Assembly: GCF_009914755.1 (NCBI RefSeq)
Contig: NC_060943.1
Origin: the human T2T-CHM13v2.0 reference genome, Homo sapiens
DNA: 64,000 nt
Direction: 5' to 3' (one strand)
In this document: positions 15,821 through 31,700 of the stretch, piece after piece
How the letters are laid out: each line of letters starts with the position of its first letter
How positions within the stretch are numbered: position 1 is the stretch's first letter
Translations under genes and position numbers: made by a program
The notes under the pieces: generated by a model
What the model was told of the DNA's origin: nothing
Database searches by the model: none
The model's input: only the letters and a program-made list of their open reading frames with translations

Positions 15821-18800
15821 TTAACCTGTTAACTTTCAGCCACTCTGTTATCACAGTGGGAACCTCTCCACTGTCACCTAATAATTCATCACAGTGGGAA
15901 CCTCTTCACTGTGAGCCACTTATTCCCTGTTGTGGGAACCTGTTCACTCTCAATCTCTAATTCACCACAGTGAGAATCTGCTCACTGTCAGCCACTCAGT
16001 CATCACAGTGGGAACCAGTTCACTGTCACCTACTCGTTCACCGCAGTAGAAACTTGTTTACTGTCACTGATACACGCATCACAGTGGAAACCTGTTTACT
16101 GTCAGCCACTCATTCACCACAGTGGGAACCAGTTCGCTGCCACCCATTCCTTCATGAAAACGAGAACCTGTTCACTGTCACCCACTCATTCCTCACAGTT
16201 GGATCCTGTCACCATCATTCACTCACTCACCACAGTGGGAACCTGTTCACTGTCACCCACTCATTCACCAGAGTCTTAATCTGTTAACTTTCATCCACTC
16301 TGTTATCACAGTGGGAACCTGTCCCCTGTCACCTAATCACTCATCAGAGTGGGAACCTCTTCACTGTGAGCCACTTACTCCCTGTTGTGGGAACCTGTTC
16401 ACTCTCAATCTCTAATTCACCACAGTGAGAATCTGTTCCCTGTCAGCCACTCGTTCATCACACTGGAACCAGTTCACTGTCACCTACTCATTCACCACAA
16501 TAGAAACTTGTTTCCTGTCACCAAAACACGCATCACAGTGGAAACCTGTTCCCTGTCCACCACTCATCCATCAGAGTGGGTACTTGTTCACTGTCACCCA
16601 CTCGTTCATTACAGGGGAAACTTGGTCTTTGTCACCCACTCTTTTACCACAGTAGAATCCTTTTCACTGCCACCCACTCATTCAACACAGTGGGAACCTG
16701 TTCACTGTCAGCCGCTCATTCATCACATTGGTAACCTGTTCACTGTCAGCGACTCCATCACCACATTGAGAACCTCTTTACTGTCATCCACTCACCATCA
16801 TAGTGGGAACCTATTCACTTTCACACACTCATTCAGCAGAGTGGGAACCTTTTCAGTTTCACATACTCATTCACCACAGTGGGAAACTATTCACTGTCAC
16901 CCACTCATTCATCATAGTGGGAACCTTTTCACTGTCACCCACTCATTCATCATAGTGGGAACTTTTCACTGTCACCCACTCATTCATTACAGGAGGATCC
17001 TGTACACTGTCATCCACTCATTCATCACAGTGGAAACCGGTTCACTGTCATTCATTCACTAATCACATTGCGAACCTGTTTACAGTCACCCACTCGCTCA
17101 TCACAGAGGGAACTTGTTTTCTTTCTCACACTCATTCACCACAGTGGGAACCTTTTCACTGTCACCCACTAACTCAACACGGTGGAACCTGTTAACTTTC
17201 TCCCACTAATTAACCACAGTGGGAATCTCTACACTGTCACCCACTCACTCATCACAGTGGGAACCTGTTCACTGTCACCCCTCACTCATCACAATGGGAA
17301 CTTCTTCACTTTCATCCACCCACTCATCACAGTAAGAGCCTGTGCACTGTCACCTACTCATTCATCACAGTGGGAACCTGTTCAGTGTCACCCACTCACT
17401 CATCACTGTGGGAACGTTTTCACTGTCACTCACTCTTTCATCACACTGAGAGCCTGTTCATTGTCAGCTACTCACTCAACACAGTGTGGACCTGTTGACT
17501 GTCATCAATTCACTCACCACGATGAAAATCAGCTCACTGTCAGCCACGCATTCACCACAGTACAAACCTCTTCACTCTCTCCCACTCATTCACCACAATG
17601 GGAACCTGCTGACTTTCACACACTCATTCATCACAGTGGGAACCTGGTCACTGTCATGTGCTCATTTATCACAGTGGCATGCTGTTCACTGTCACATACT
17701 TACTCATCACAGTGAGAATCTATTAACTATTAGCCACACAATCACCGCAATGGGAACCTGTTCACTTTCACCTACTCATTCGCCACAGTGGGAACATGTT
17801 TACTGTCACTCACTCATTCATCTCAGTGGGCAGTGGTTCACTGTCACCCACTCATTCATTACAGGGGTAACTTGTTCACTGTCACCCACTCATTCACCAC
17901 AGTGGGAACCTATTCACTACCAGCCTCTCATTCACCACAATGCAAACCTGTTAACAATCAGCCACTCACTCACCACAGTGGCAACATTTTCACTGTCACC
18001 CACTCGTTTGCTGTAGTAGAAAGCTGTTCACTGTCAGCCACACATACAACACAGAGGGAACCTTTTCACTGTCAGTCATGCATTCATCACAGTAACAACC
18101 TGCACACTGTTGCCCTCTCATTCACCACATTGAGAACCTGTTCATTTTTTAGCCACTCATTCATTGCAGCGGGAACCTGTTCACTCACCAACTTTTTCTC
18201 CGCAGTTGGAAGGAATTCACCATCACCCACTCATTCACACACTCTTCCACCCCAGTAGAAAGCTGTTCACTGTCAGCCACTCAGTCATCACAATGGGAAC
18301 CTGTTTACTATCAGCCACTTGTTCACCACAGTGGGAACCAGTTCACTGTTCACACACTCATTCATCACAGCGAGAACCTGTTCAATGTCACCCCACTCAT
18401 TCATCACAGTAAGAACCTGTTCACTGTCACCAACTCACTCACCATGATAGGAACCAGTTTACTGTCACCCATTCATTTACCAGAGTGGAAACCTGTTCCT
18501 TGCCAGCCACTCAGTCATCACACTGGGAAACTGTTCTCACCCACTCACTTGTCACAGTGGGAAACTCTTCACTGTGAGCCACTCAATCACTACTGTGAAA
18601 AACCTGTTCACTCTGAGTCACTCGTTCAACACAGTGAGAAGCTATTCACTGTCAGCCACATATTCAACAAGTGAGAACCTGTCCACTGTCAGCCATTCAT
18701 TCACAACAGTGGGAAAGTGTTCACTATCACCCATTCAGTCATCACAGTGGGAACATTTTCACTGTCAAAAACTCATTCATTTCACTGGGAACCTGTTCAC

Positions 18801-21800
18801 TGGGAACCTGTTCACTGTCACCCACTCATTCACCATAGTGGTTACCTGTTCACTGTCTCCAACTCACTCATCCCAGTGGGAACCTGTTCCCTCTCACTCA
18901 CTCATTTGCCACAGTGGGAACCTGTTCACTGTCACCCACTCATTTATCACAGAGGGAACATCTTCACTGTCACCCATTCATTACAAAAGGAACCTGTTCA
19001 CTGTCACCCACTCATTCATCATAGTGAGAACTTGTTCACTGTCAGTTGCTCATTCACCACAGTGGGAACCAGTTAACTGTCAAGCACTCATTCACCACAG
19101 TAGATACATGTTCACTGTCACCCACTCACACATCACAGTGGTATCCTGTTCACTGTCAGCCACTCACTCATCACAGAGGGTGCCAGATCACTGTCATCCA
19201 CTCATTCATTACAGGAGGAACCTAATCACTGTCACCCACTCGTTCACCACAGTAGAAACCTGTTCACTGTCAACCATTCATTCACCAGAGTGGGAACCTG
19301 TTCACTGTCAGCCACTCATTCACCACAGTGGAAACAGTTCACTGTCACCCATTTGTTCACTGCAGTAGAAACCTGCACACTGTCAGCCACACAGTCACCA
19401 CAGTGGTTACCTGTTTACTGTCAGCCATTCACTTATCACAGTGGGAACATGTTCACTGTCACCCAATCATTTATCAAACTGGGAACATGTTCACTGCCAC
19501 CCTCTCATTCACCACAGTGGGAACCTCTTCACTGTCGCCCACTCACTCATTGCAGTGGGTACCTGTTTACTGTCACAAACCCATTCATTACAGGAGGAAC
19601 CTGTTCACTGTCAACCACATATTCATCACAGTCAGATATTGTTCACTGTCAACCACTCACTCTCCACAGTGAGAACCTGTTCACTCTCAACCACTCATTC
19701 ACCACAGTGGGAAACTGTCCACTGTCACACACTCATTCATCACAGTGGGAACACGTTCACTGTCATCCACTCATTCATTACAGGAGGTACCTTATCACTG
19801 TCACTCACTCTTTCACAACAGTAGAAACATGTTCACTGTCCTCCAATCACTCACCACAGTGTGAACCGGTTCACTGTCAGCCATTCGTTCACTACTGTGG
19901 GTACCTCTTCACTCTCACCCACCCATTTAGCACAGTGAGAACCTTTTCACTGTCAGCCACTCATTCACCACAGTGGGAACCTGTTCACTGTCACCCATTC
20001 ACTCATCACATTGAAAATCTGTTCATTGTTACCCACTCACTGACCACAGGGGGACCGGTTCACTCTCACCCACTCATCACAGTGGGAACCCGTTTACTGT
20101 CACACACGCATTAATCACAGTGGGAACCCGTTTATTCTCACCCACTCACTTATCACAGTGTGTTCTTGTTCACTGTCAGCCACTCATTCACCACTGTGGG
20201 AAGCTGTTCCCTCTCACCAACTCACTCATCACAGTGGGTACCTGTTCACTGTCACCCACTCACTCAGCACAGTGGGAACATGTTCTCTCTCATGACCGCA
20301 TTAACAATGGTGGGAACTTGTTCACTGTCACCCACACACTCATCACATTGGGAACCTGTTCACTGTCACCCACTCACTATTCACAGTGGGAACCTGTTCG
20401 GTGCCTTTCACTCATTCATCAGAATGGGAACCTCTTCACTTTCACCCACTCACTCATCACAGTAAGAACCTGTTCACTGTCACCCACTCATTCATCAGGG
20501 TAAGAACTTGTTCACTGTCACTCACTCATTCATCACAGTGAAAACCAGTTCACCCTTACCCACTCATTCCCTACAGTTGGAACCTGTTCACTCTCACCCA
20601 CTAAATCATCAAAGTGGAAACCTTTTCACTGTCACCCACACATTCATCACAGTGCAAATATTTTCATTCTCACCCACTCATTACTATGGGCACCGCTTCA
20701 CTGTCAGCCACACATTCACTACAGTGGGAACCTGTGCACTCTCGCCAACTCACCCACCACAGTGGGAACCTAATTACTGTCATCAACTAACTCAACACAG
20801 TGGGAAACTGTTCACTGTCACCCACTCATGCATAACAATGGAAACCTGTTCACTGTCAGCCACTTCTTCATCACAGTGGGAACATGTTCATTTACCACAG
20901 TGGGAAGTGGTTCAGTGTCACCCATTAGTTCACTGCAGTAGAAACCTGTTCGTTGTGACCAACTCACTTACCACAGTGAGAAGCTGTTTACTGTCGGACA
21001 CTCAATTCACCACAGTGGGAACCAGTTCACTGTCACACTCTCATTCATCACAGTGAGAATATGTTCAGTGTCACCCACTCAATAACGACAGTGGGAAGCA
21101 GTTCACTGTCACCAACTCATTCACCACAGTGGGAACCTGTTCACTCTCAGTCCCTCACTCATCACAGTGTGAACCTGTTCACTGTCACCAACTCACTCAT
21201 CACATTTGGAACTTGTTCACTGTGAGCCACTTATTCACTATGGTGGGAACTTGTTAACTTTCACCCACATATTCAGCACATTGAGAACCTGTTCTCTGTC
21301 AGAAACTCATCCGCAGCAGTGGGAAACTGTTCACTGTCACCCAATCCATCATCACACTAAGAATATGTTCACTGTAAGCCACTCATTCACTTCTGTGGGA
21401 ACCTGTTCACTCTCACCCACTCACTCACCACAGTAGGAACTTGTTCACCCTCACCCACTCACTCATCACTGTGGGAACCTCTTCACTCTCACCCACACAT
21501 TCGCCACAGTGGGAACTTGTTCACTGTCACCCACTTTTCAATACAGGAGGAACCTGTTCACTGTCACCAACTCATTCATCACAGTGGGAACCTGTTCACT
21601 GTCAGCCACTCATTGAGCACAGTGGGAACCTGTTCATTGTCACCCAGTCGTTCACAATACAAACGTGTTCACTGTCACACACTCACTCATCACAGAGGGT
21701 ACCTGTTCATAGTCAGCCACTCATTCGTCACAGTCGGTAACTGTTCACTGTCACACTCTCATTCATTACAGGAGGAACCTGATTACTGTCAGTCATTCTA

Positions 21801-22499
21801 CACAGTAGGAAACGGTTCACTGTCAGCCACTCATTCATCACAGTGTTAACTTCTTCACTGTCAGCCACTCATTCACCACAGTAGGAAGAAGTTCACTGTC
21901 ACCCACTCTTTCAGCTCAATAGAAATTTGTTCACTGTCAGCCACTCAGTCACCAAAGTGTCAAGTTGTTTACTGTCAGCCTCTCACTCATCACTGTGTGA
22001 AACTCTTCACTGTCAACAACACATTCATCACAGTGGGAACCTGTTAACTGTCACCCACTCATTCACCACAGTGGGAATCTGTTCACTCTCACCAACTCAT
22101 TCATCACAGTGGGTACCTATTCACTGTCACCAATTCACTTACCACAGTGGGATCCTGTTCTCTCTCACCCACTAATTCACCACAGTGGGAACCAGTTCAC
22201 TGTCACCCACTCATTCCTCACAGTGGGAACCTGTTCACTGTCACTCACTCATTAATAATATAGTAAATAGTTCACTGTCACCAACTCATTCAAGGCAGTG
22301 GGAACCTGTTCACTGTCACCCACTCACTAATCACTGTGGAAACCTGTTAACTGTCACCCACTCACTCATCACAGTGGGAAACTATTCACTGTTTCCCACT
22401 CATTCATCACAATGGAAACCTGTTCACTGTCACCCACTCACTCATCACAATGGGAACCGGTTCACTGTCACCCACTCACTCATCAAAGTAAGAACCTGT
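15821..22499 (+). repeat. 38-bp satellite array, middle block (L1 to Alu)
   Basis: Same monomer and orientation resume after the L1 junction. Confidence 0.97.
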
Positions 22500-22796
<297 letters not shown>

Positions 22797-25700
22797 GTAA
22801 GAACCTGTTCACTGTCATCCACTCACTCATCAGAGAGGGAACCTGTTTGCCCTTACCCACTAATTCACCACCGTGGGAGCCTATTCACTCCCACCCACTC
22901 AGTCGTCATGGTGGAACTTGTTCACTGTCACCCACACATTCATCATAGTGGGAACTTGTTCACTCTCACCAACCCACTCATCACAATGGCTACTCCTTCA
23001 CTGTCAGCCACTCATTTATCACAGTGGGAACCTGTGAACTCTCACCTACTCCCTCATCACAGTGGAACCTGATCACTGTCACAGACTAACTCACAACAGG
23101 TGGAACCTGTTCTCTCTCACCCACTTATTTACCACATTGGGAACCTGTTCACTGTCAGCCAGTCATTCATCACAGTGGGAACATGTTCACTGTCACCCAC
23201 TCACTCATCACAGTGGGAACCTATTCACTGTCACCCACTCATTTATCACAGGGGGAACCAGTTCACTGCAACTCACTGACTCATTACAGTGGGAAACTGT
23301 TCACTGTCACCCACTCACTTATCACAGTGGAAACCTGCTCACCATCAGCCACTCTTTCATAACATTGGGTACCTGTTCACTGTCACCCACTCATTCACCA
23401 CAGTGGGAAGCATTTCAATGCCACCCACTCGTTCACCGCAGTAGTAATCTGTTCACTGTCAGCCACTCAGTCATCAGAACCTGTTTACCGTCAGACACTC
23501 ATTCTCAACAGTGGGTACAAGTTGACTGTCACCCTCTCATTCATCACAGTGAGAACCTATTTCCTGTCACCCACTCACCACAGTGGGAACCTGTTCACTG
23601 TCACCCATTCATTCACCACAGTGGGAACCTGTTCACTGTCAACCACTCACTCTTCAGAGTGGGAACCGGTTCACTGTCATTAACTCACTCATCACATTGA
23701 GAATCTGTCTACTGTGAGCCACTAATTCACTATGGTGAGACCCTGTTCACTCTCACCAACCCATTCAGCACTGTGAGAACCTGTTCACTGTCAGCAACTC
23801 ATTCACAACAGTGGGAACCCGTTCAATGTCACCCAATCCATCATCACAGTAAGAACATGTTCATTATGAGACACTCATTCACTACTGTGGGTACAAGTTC
23901 ACTGTCACCTTCTCATCACAGTGAGAACCTATTCACTGTCACCCACTCATTCACCACAGTGGGAACCTGTTCACTGTGAGCCACTCACTCTTCACAGTGG
24001 CAATGGGTTCACTGTCATTAACTCACTCATCACATTGGGAACCTGCTACTGTGAGCCACCTGTTCACTATGGTGCGAACCTGTTCACTCTCACCAGCCCA
24101 TTCATCACAGTGAAAACCTGTTCACTGTCAACAATTCATTCACAACAGTGGGAACTTATTCCTTGTCACCCAATCCGTCATCACAGTAAGAACATGTTTA
24201 TTGTGAAACACTCATTCACTACTGTGGGAACCTGTTCACTCTCACTCACTTGTTCACTGCAGTAGAAACCTATTCATGCTCACCCACTCACTCATCACTT
24301 TGGGAACCAGTTCACTCACCCACTCTTTCACCCCAGTGGGAACCTGTTCACTTTCACCCACTCATTCATCACAGTGAGTACTTATTCACTGTCACCCACC
24401 CTTATCACACGAGGAACATGTTCACTGTCACCCACACATTCAGAACATTGGGAATCTGTTCACTGCCAGCCACTCATTCACCACAGTGGGAACATGTTCA
24501 CTGTCAACCTTTTATTTACCACAGTAGAAACCTGTTCACTGTCATCAACCCATTCATCACAATGGGAACCTGTTCACTGTCACTCACTCATTCACCACAG
24601 TGAGAACCTCTTCTCTGTCATCCACACATTCATCACACTGGGAACCTGTTCACTGTCACCCACTCATTCATTACGAAAGGAGCCTCTTCAGTTTCACCCA
24701 CTCATTCTTCACAATGGGAACCTGTTCACCTTCACTGCCTTATTCACCATAGTGGGAACCTCTTCTCTGTCATCCACACATTCATTACAGTGGAAACCTG
24801 TTTATTGTCACCCACCCATTCATTACAAAAGAAACTTCTTCACTTTCACACACTCATTTTTCCCAATGGCAACCTGCTCACTGTCACTCACTCATTCACC
24901 ACAGTGGGAACCTGTTCACTGTCAGCCACTCATTCATCACGGTGGTAACATATTCACTGTCAGCGAGTCATTCACCAAATTGGGAACCTGTTCACTGTCA
25001 CCCACTCGTTCACTGCATTAGAAACCTGTTCACTGTCAGCCACTCATTTACCAACGTGTGAAACTGTTCACTGTCACCCGCTCACTCACAACAGTGGGAA
25101 TCAGTTTACTGTCACCCACTCATTCACCACAGTGGGAACCTGTTCATTGTCAGCCTCTCACTCATCTCAGTAGGAACCTGTTCACTGTCACACACTCACT
25201 CATCACAGTGCGAACCTGTTTACTGTCAGCCACTCATGCACTACAGTGGGAACCTGTTCACTGTCACCCACTCAGTCATCACAGTGGGAACCTGTTCACT
25301 GTCTTTAACTCATTCATTACAGTGGGAAGCTGTTCACTGTCACTTACTCATTCACCACAGTAAGATTCTGTTCACTGTAACTCAGTCATCACAGTTGGAA
25401 CCTGTTCACTGTCACAAACTCATTCATTCCTTTGGGAACCTGTTCACTGCTACCCACTCATTCACCAGAGTGGGAACCTGTTCACTGTCACCGATACATT
25501 CATTACATGAGGAACCTGTTTACTGTCACCCACTCATTCATCATAGAGGGAAACTGTTCACTGTCAATCACTCACTCACCACAGTGGGAACCTGTTCACT
25601 ATCACCCACTCATTAATCACAGTGGAAACCTGTTCACTGTCAGCCACTCATTCGTTACAGTGGTTACCTATTCATTGTTAACCACTGGTTTACCGCAGTA

Positions 25701-28700
25701 GAAATCTGTTCACTGCCACACACTCATTCATCACAGTGGGAACCTGTTCACAGTCAGCCATTCTTTCTTCACACTCAGTACCTGATCCTTGTCACCCATG
25801 CATTCAATACAGGAGGAACCTGATTTCTATCACACATTCATTCAACACAGTAGAAACCTGTTCACTTTCCACATTCATTCACTGCAGTAGAAAACGGTTC
25901 ACTGTCAGCCACTCATTCATCACAGTGAGAATGTCTTCTCTGCCATCCACACATTCATCATAGTGGGAACCTGTTCACTGTAAGGCACTCATGTACTAAA
26001 AAAAGAAACCTCTTCACTTTTACCCACTCATTCTTCACAATGGGAACCTGTTCACCTTCACCCGCTTATTCACCACAGTGGGAACCTCTTTGTTGTCAGC
26101 CTCTCACTCATCACAGTGGGAACCTGTTCACTGTCACCCACTCACTCATCACAGTGTGAACCTGTTTACTATCAGCCACTCATTCACCACAGTGGGAACA
26201 TGTTCACTGTCACCCACTCATTCACTAAAGTGAAAAGTTTTCACTATCTCTCACTCATTCACCACAGTGGGATCCTTTTCACTGTAACCCACTCAGTCAT
26301 CACAGTTGTAACCTGTTCACTGTCACAGACTCATTCATTCCTTTGGGAACCTGTTCACTGTCACCCACTCAGTTATGACAGTGGGGACCTGTTCACTGTC
26401 ACCCACACATTCATTAAAGGAGGAACCTGTTCACTGTCCCCCACTCATTCATTACAGTTGGAACCTGTTCTTTACCACCCACACATTCATTACATGGGGT
26501 ACCTGTTCACTGTCACCCACTCATTTCTCACAGTAAGAAACTGTTCACTGTCAGCCACTCATTCACCACCGCTAGAACAAGTTCACGGTCACCCACACTT
26601 TCACCACAGTGGGAAGCTGTTCAATGTCACACAGCCGTTCACAGCAGTAGAAACCTGTTCACTGTCAGCCACTCAGTCACCACAATGGGAACCTGTTTAC
26701 TGTCAGACACTCACTCATCACAGTGGGAACCTGTTCACTGTCTACTCACTCATTCATCACATTGGGAACATGTTCACTCTCACCAACTCACTCATCACAG
26801 TGAGAACTTTATCACTGTCACCAACTAACTCACCACAGGGGAAGCCTGTTCTCTCTCACCTACTCATTCACCACAGCGGGAACCTGTTCACTGTCAGCCA
26901 CTCATTTATCACAGTGGGAACATGTTCACTGTTGTCAACTCACTCATCATATTGGGAACCTGTTCACTGTGAGCCACTCATTCACTACGGTCACAACCTG
27001 TTCACTCTCACCCACCCATTCAGCACAGTGAGAACCTGTTCACTGTCAGCAACTGACTCACAATAGTGGGAACCTCTCCACTGTCACCCAATCCGTCATC
27101 ACACTAAGAACATGTTCACTGTCAGCCATTCATTCACTAACGTGGGAACCTGTTCACTCTCACCCACCCATTCACCACGGTAGGAACCTGTTCACACTCA
27201 GCCACTCACTCATCACTGCAGGAACCTGTTCACTCTCACCCAATCATTCACCACAATGGGAACCTGTTCATTGCCACCTACTAACTCATTACAGTGGTAT
27301 CCTGTTCACAGTCAGCCACTCATTCGTCACAGTCAGTACTTGTTAACTGTTACCCACTCATTCATTGAAGGAGGACCCTGATTACTGCCACCCATTCATC
27401 CAACACAGTAGAAACCTAGTCACTGTCCCCACACATTCACCACGGTGTTAACCTGTTCACTGCCAGCAACTCACTCACTACAGTGAGAACCTGTTCACTG
27501 TCACCGACTCACTCATCACAGTGGGAACCTGTTCAATGTCACCCAATCACTCATCACAGTGGGAACTTGTTCACTGTCGCCCACTCACTCATCCCTATGA
27601 GAATCTGTTCACTGTCACCCACTCATTCACCACAGTGGGAATCTGTTCACTCTCACCAACTCACTCATCACAGTGGGTACCTATTCACTTTCAGCAAACT
27701 CACTCATCACAGTGGAAACCTGTTCTCTCTCACCAACTCATTCACCACAGTGGCAACCTGTTCACTGTCACCCATTCATTCATCATAGTGGGAACCCGTT
27801 CACTGTCACGCTCTCACTCATCACTGTGGGAACATGTTTACTGTCACCCACTCATTCATCAATATGATAAACTCTTCACTGTCACCAACTCACTCATGAC
27901 AGTAAGAACCAGTTCACTGTCACCCACTCTCTAATCACAGTAGAAATCTGTTCACTGTCACCCACTCACTCATCACAGTGGGAAACTGTTCACTGTTTTC
28001 CACTCGTTCATCACAATGGAAACCTGTTCACTGTCACCCACTCACTCATCACAATGGAAACCGGTTCATTGTCACCCACTTACTCATCACAGTAAGAACC
28101 TGTTCACTGTCACCCACTCATTCATCACAGTGAGAACCTGTTCACTGTCACCCACACATTCAGCACAGTGGGAATATGATCACTCTCACCCACTCACTCA
28201 TCACAGTGGGTACCCCTTCACTGTCAGCCACTCATTAATCTCAGTGGGAACCTGTGAACTCTCACCGACTCACTCATCACAGAGGGAACCTGATCGCTTT
28301 CACAAACTAACTTACCACAGGGGAACCTGTCCTTTCTCATCCACTCATTCACCACATTGGGTACCTGTTCACGGTCAGCCACTCATTCATCACAATGGGA
28401 ACATGTTCACTGTCACCCACTCACTCATCACAGTGGAAACCAGTTCACTGTCACCCACTGATTCATCACAGTGGGAACCTGTTCACTGTCACCCATTTTT
28501 CATCACACTGGGAACCTATACATTGTCTCCCAAACTCTCACTACAGTGGGAAACTTATCACTGTCATCCACTCACTCATCACAATGGGAACTTGTTCACT
28601 GTCAGCCACTCCTTCATCACGGTGGGAACCTGTTCACTGTCACCCACTTATTCATCACAGTTGGAAGCTGTACGTTGTCAGCCACTCATTCACCACTGTG

Positions 28701-31700
28701 GGAACCTGTTCAACCTCAACCATTCATTCACCACAGTGGAAACCTGTTCACTGTCAGCCACTCATTCATCACAGCAGGAACCTCTTCACTTTCACACACT
28801 CATTCATCACAGTTGGAACCTGTACACTGTCACCCACTCATTCACTACAGTGGGAGCCTCTTCACTGTCAATCACTCATTCATCACAGTGGGAACCTGTT
28901 CACTTTCACACACTCTAATCACAGCGAAACTATCACCCACTTATCCATCACTTTGGGAACTTGTTCACTGTCACCCACTTACTCATCACAGTGGTAACTG
29001 GTTGACTGTCATGCACTCACTTATTACAGTGGGAACCTGTTCACTGTCGCCCACTCACTCATCCCTATGGGAACCTGTTCACTGTGAATCACTCATTCAT
29101 CACTGTGGGAACCTGTTCACTCTCACCCACTCAGTCACCTCAGTGAAAACCTGTACACTCTCAGCCACTCATTCACCACAGTGGGAACATCTTCACTGTC
29201 ACCCACTCATTCATTACAATGGGAACCTGTTCAACGTCACACACTCATTCATTGCCAGAGAAACATTTTCACTGTCACCCACTCATTTATCACAGATGAA
29301 ACCTGTTCACTTTCACTCACTCACTCACCACAATGAGAACCTGTTCACTTTCACCCACTCACTCATCACAGTGGGAACCTGCTCATTGTTACCCAGTCAT
29401 TTATCACAATGGAAACCTGTTCACTCTCACCCACTCACTCATCACAGTGGGAACCTGTTCACTGTCACCAACTTATTCATCACAGTGGGAACTTGTTCAC
29501 GCTCACCAACTCACTCATCAAAGTGGTTACCCTTTCAATGTTAGCCACTTATTCACCACAGTGGGAATCTGTTCACCCTCACCAACTCACTCATCACTGT
29601 GGGAACGTGTTCACTGTCACCCACTCACTCACCACAGTGGGAAGCTGTTCTCTCCCACCCACTCATTCACCACAGTGAGAACATGGTCACTGTCACCCAC
29701 GCATTCATCACAGTTGGAACCTGTTCACTGTCATCCACTCAGTCACCACCATGGGAACCCGTTCACTGTCACTTAGTCATTTACCACATTGGAAAACTGT
29801 TCAGTGTCACCCACACATTCATCACAGTGGGAACAAGTTGACTGTCGCCCACTCATTCATTAGAGTGAAAACTTGTTCACTGTCACCCACTCACTCACCA
29901 CAGTGGGAACCTGTTCACTTTCATCCACTCATCACAGTGAAAACCTGTTCTCTTTCACCCACTCATTCACCACATTGGATAACTGTTCACTGTCACCCAC
30001 TCATTCATTACAGGAGGAAACTGTTTACTGTTACCCACTAATTCACCAGAGTGGGAAGCTGTTCACTCTCACCCATTCTCTCTTCACAGTGGGAACCTGT
30101 TCACTGTCACCCACATATTCATCACAGTGGGAACCTGTTCACTCTCACTAACTCGCTCATCACAGTGGGTACCCATTCACTGTCAGCCACTTATTCACCA
30201 TAGTGGGAATCTGTTCACCCTCACCACCACACTCTTTACAGTGGGAACATGTTCACTGTCACCCACTCACTAACCAAACTGGAAACTTGTTCTTTCACAC
30301 CTACTCATTCACGACAGTGAGAACCTGTTCTCTGTCACCCATTCATTCATCACAGTGGGAACCTGTTCACTGTCACTCAGTCACCACAGTAAGAACTTGT
30401 TCACTGTCACCCACTCATCATAACAGGAGTAACCTGTACACTGTCACACATTCATTCATTAGAGTGAGAATGTGCTCAATGTCACCTGCTTAATCACCAC
30501 AGTGGGAACCTGTTCTCTGTCACCCACTCACCCATTACAATGAAATACTGTTCACTCTCACCCACTCATTCGCCACAGTGGAAAACTGTGCACTGTCACC
30601 CACGCATTCTTCACAGTGGAAGACTGTTGACTGTCACCCACTCATTCATTACAGGAGGAAACGTTTCACTGTCACCCACACACTCATCATAATGGGACCC
30701 TGTTCACTGCCAGCCACTCTTTCACCACAGTGGGAACCTGTTCACTGTCACACAATCGTTCAACACAGTAAACACTTATTCACTGTCACTCACTCATTTA
30801 TCATACAAGGAACGTGTTCACTGTCACCCAATCATTCATCAAAGTGGGAAACTGTTCACTGTCAGGCACTCATTCACCACAATGGGAACCTGTTCACTGT
30901 CAGCCACTCACTCACCACAGTTGGAACCTGTTCACTTTCACTGACTCACTCATCAGAGAGAGAACCTGTTCACTGTCAACCACTCATTCGCCACTGTGAG
31001 AACCTGTTCACTCTCACCCACTCATTCATTACAATGAGAACCTGTTCACTGCCACCCACTTATTCACCACAGTGGGAGCCCGTTCACTGTCACATACACA
31101 TTCGTCACGGTGTAAACCTATTCACCATAACCAACTCATTCATCACAGTGGAAACCTGTTCACTGTCAACCACTCACTCATTACTGTGGGTACCTGTTCT
31201 TTGTCATTCACTTTTTCACCATAGTGGGAACCAGTTCACCCTCACCCACTCATTAAACACAGTGGGAACCTGTTCGCTGTCACCACTCATTGATCACAAT
31301 GGGAACCTGTTGATTGTCAACCTCTCATTCATTACAAGGGGAACCTGTTCACCGTCACCACTCATTCATCAAACTGTGAAACTGTTCACTGTCAGACACC
31401 CATTCATTACAGTGGGAAACTGTTCACTGTCACCCACTTGTTCACTGCAGTAGAAATCTGTTCATTGTCTGCAACTTACTAAGCACAGTTGGAACTTGTT
31501 CACTCTCACTTTCTTATACATCACAGTGGGAACTTGTTCACTGTCACCAACTCATCAATCACAGTGGGAACCTGTTCTTTTTCAGCCACTCATTCATCAC
31601 AGTGGGAACCTATTCACTGTCACCCCTCACTCACCAAAGTTGAAACCTGTTCACTGTCACCCACTCACTCATCAAAGTGGGAGCCTGTTCACTGTAAACC

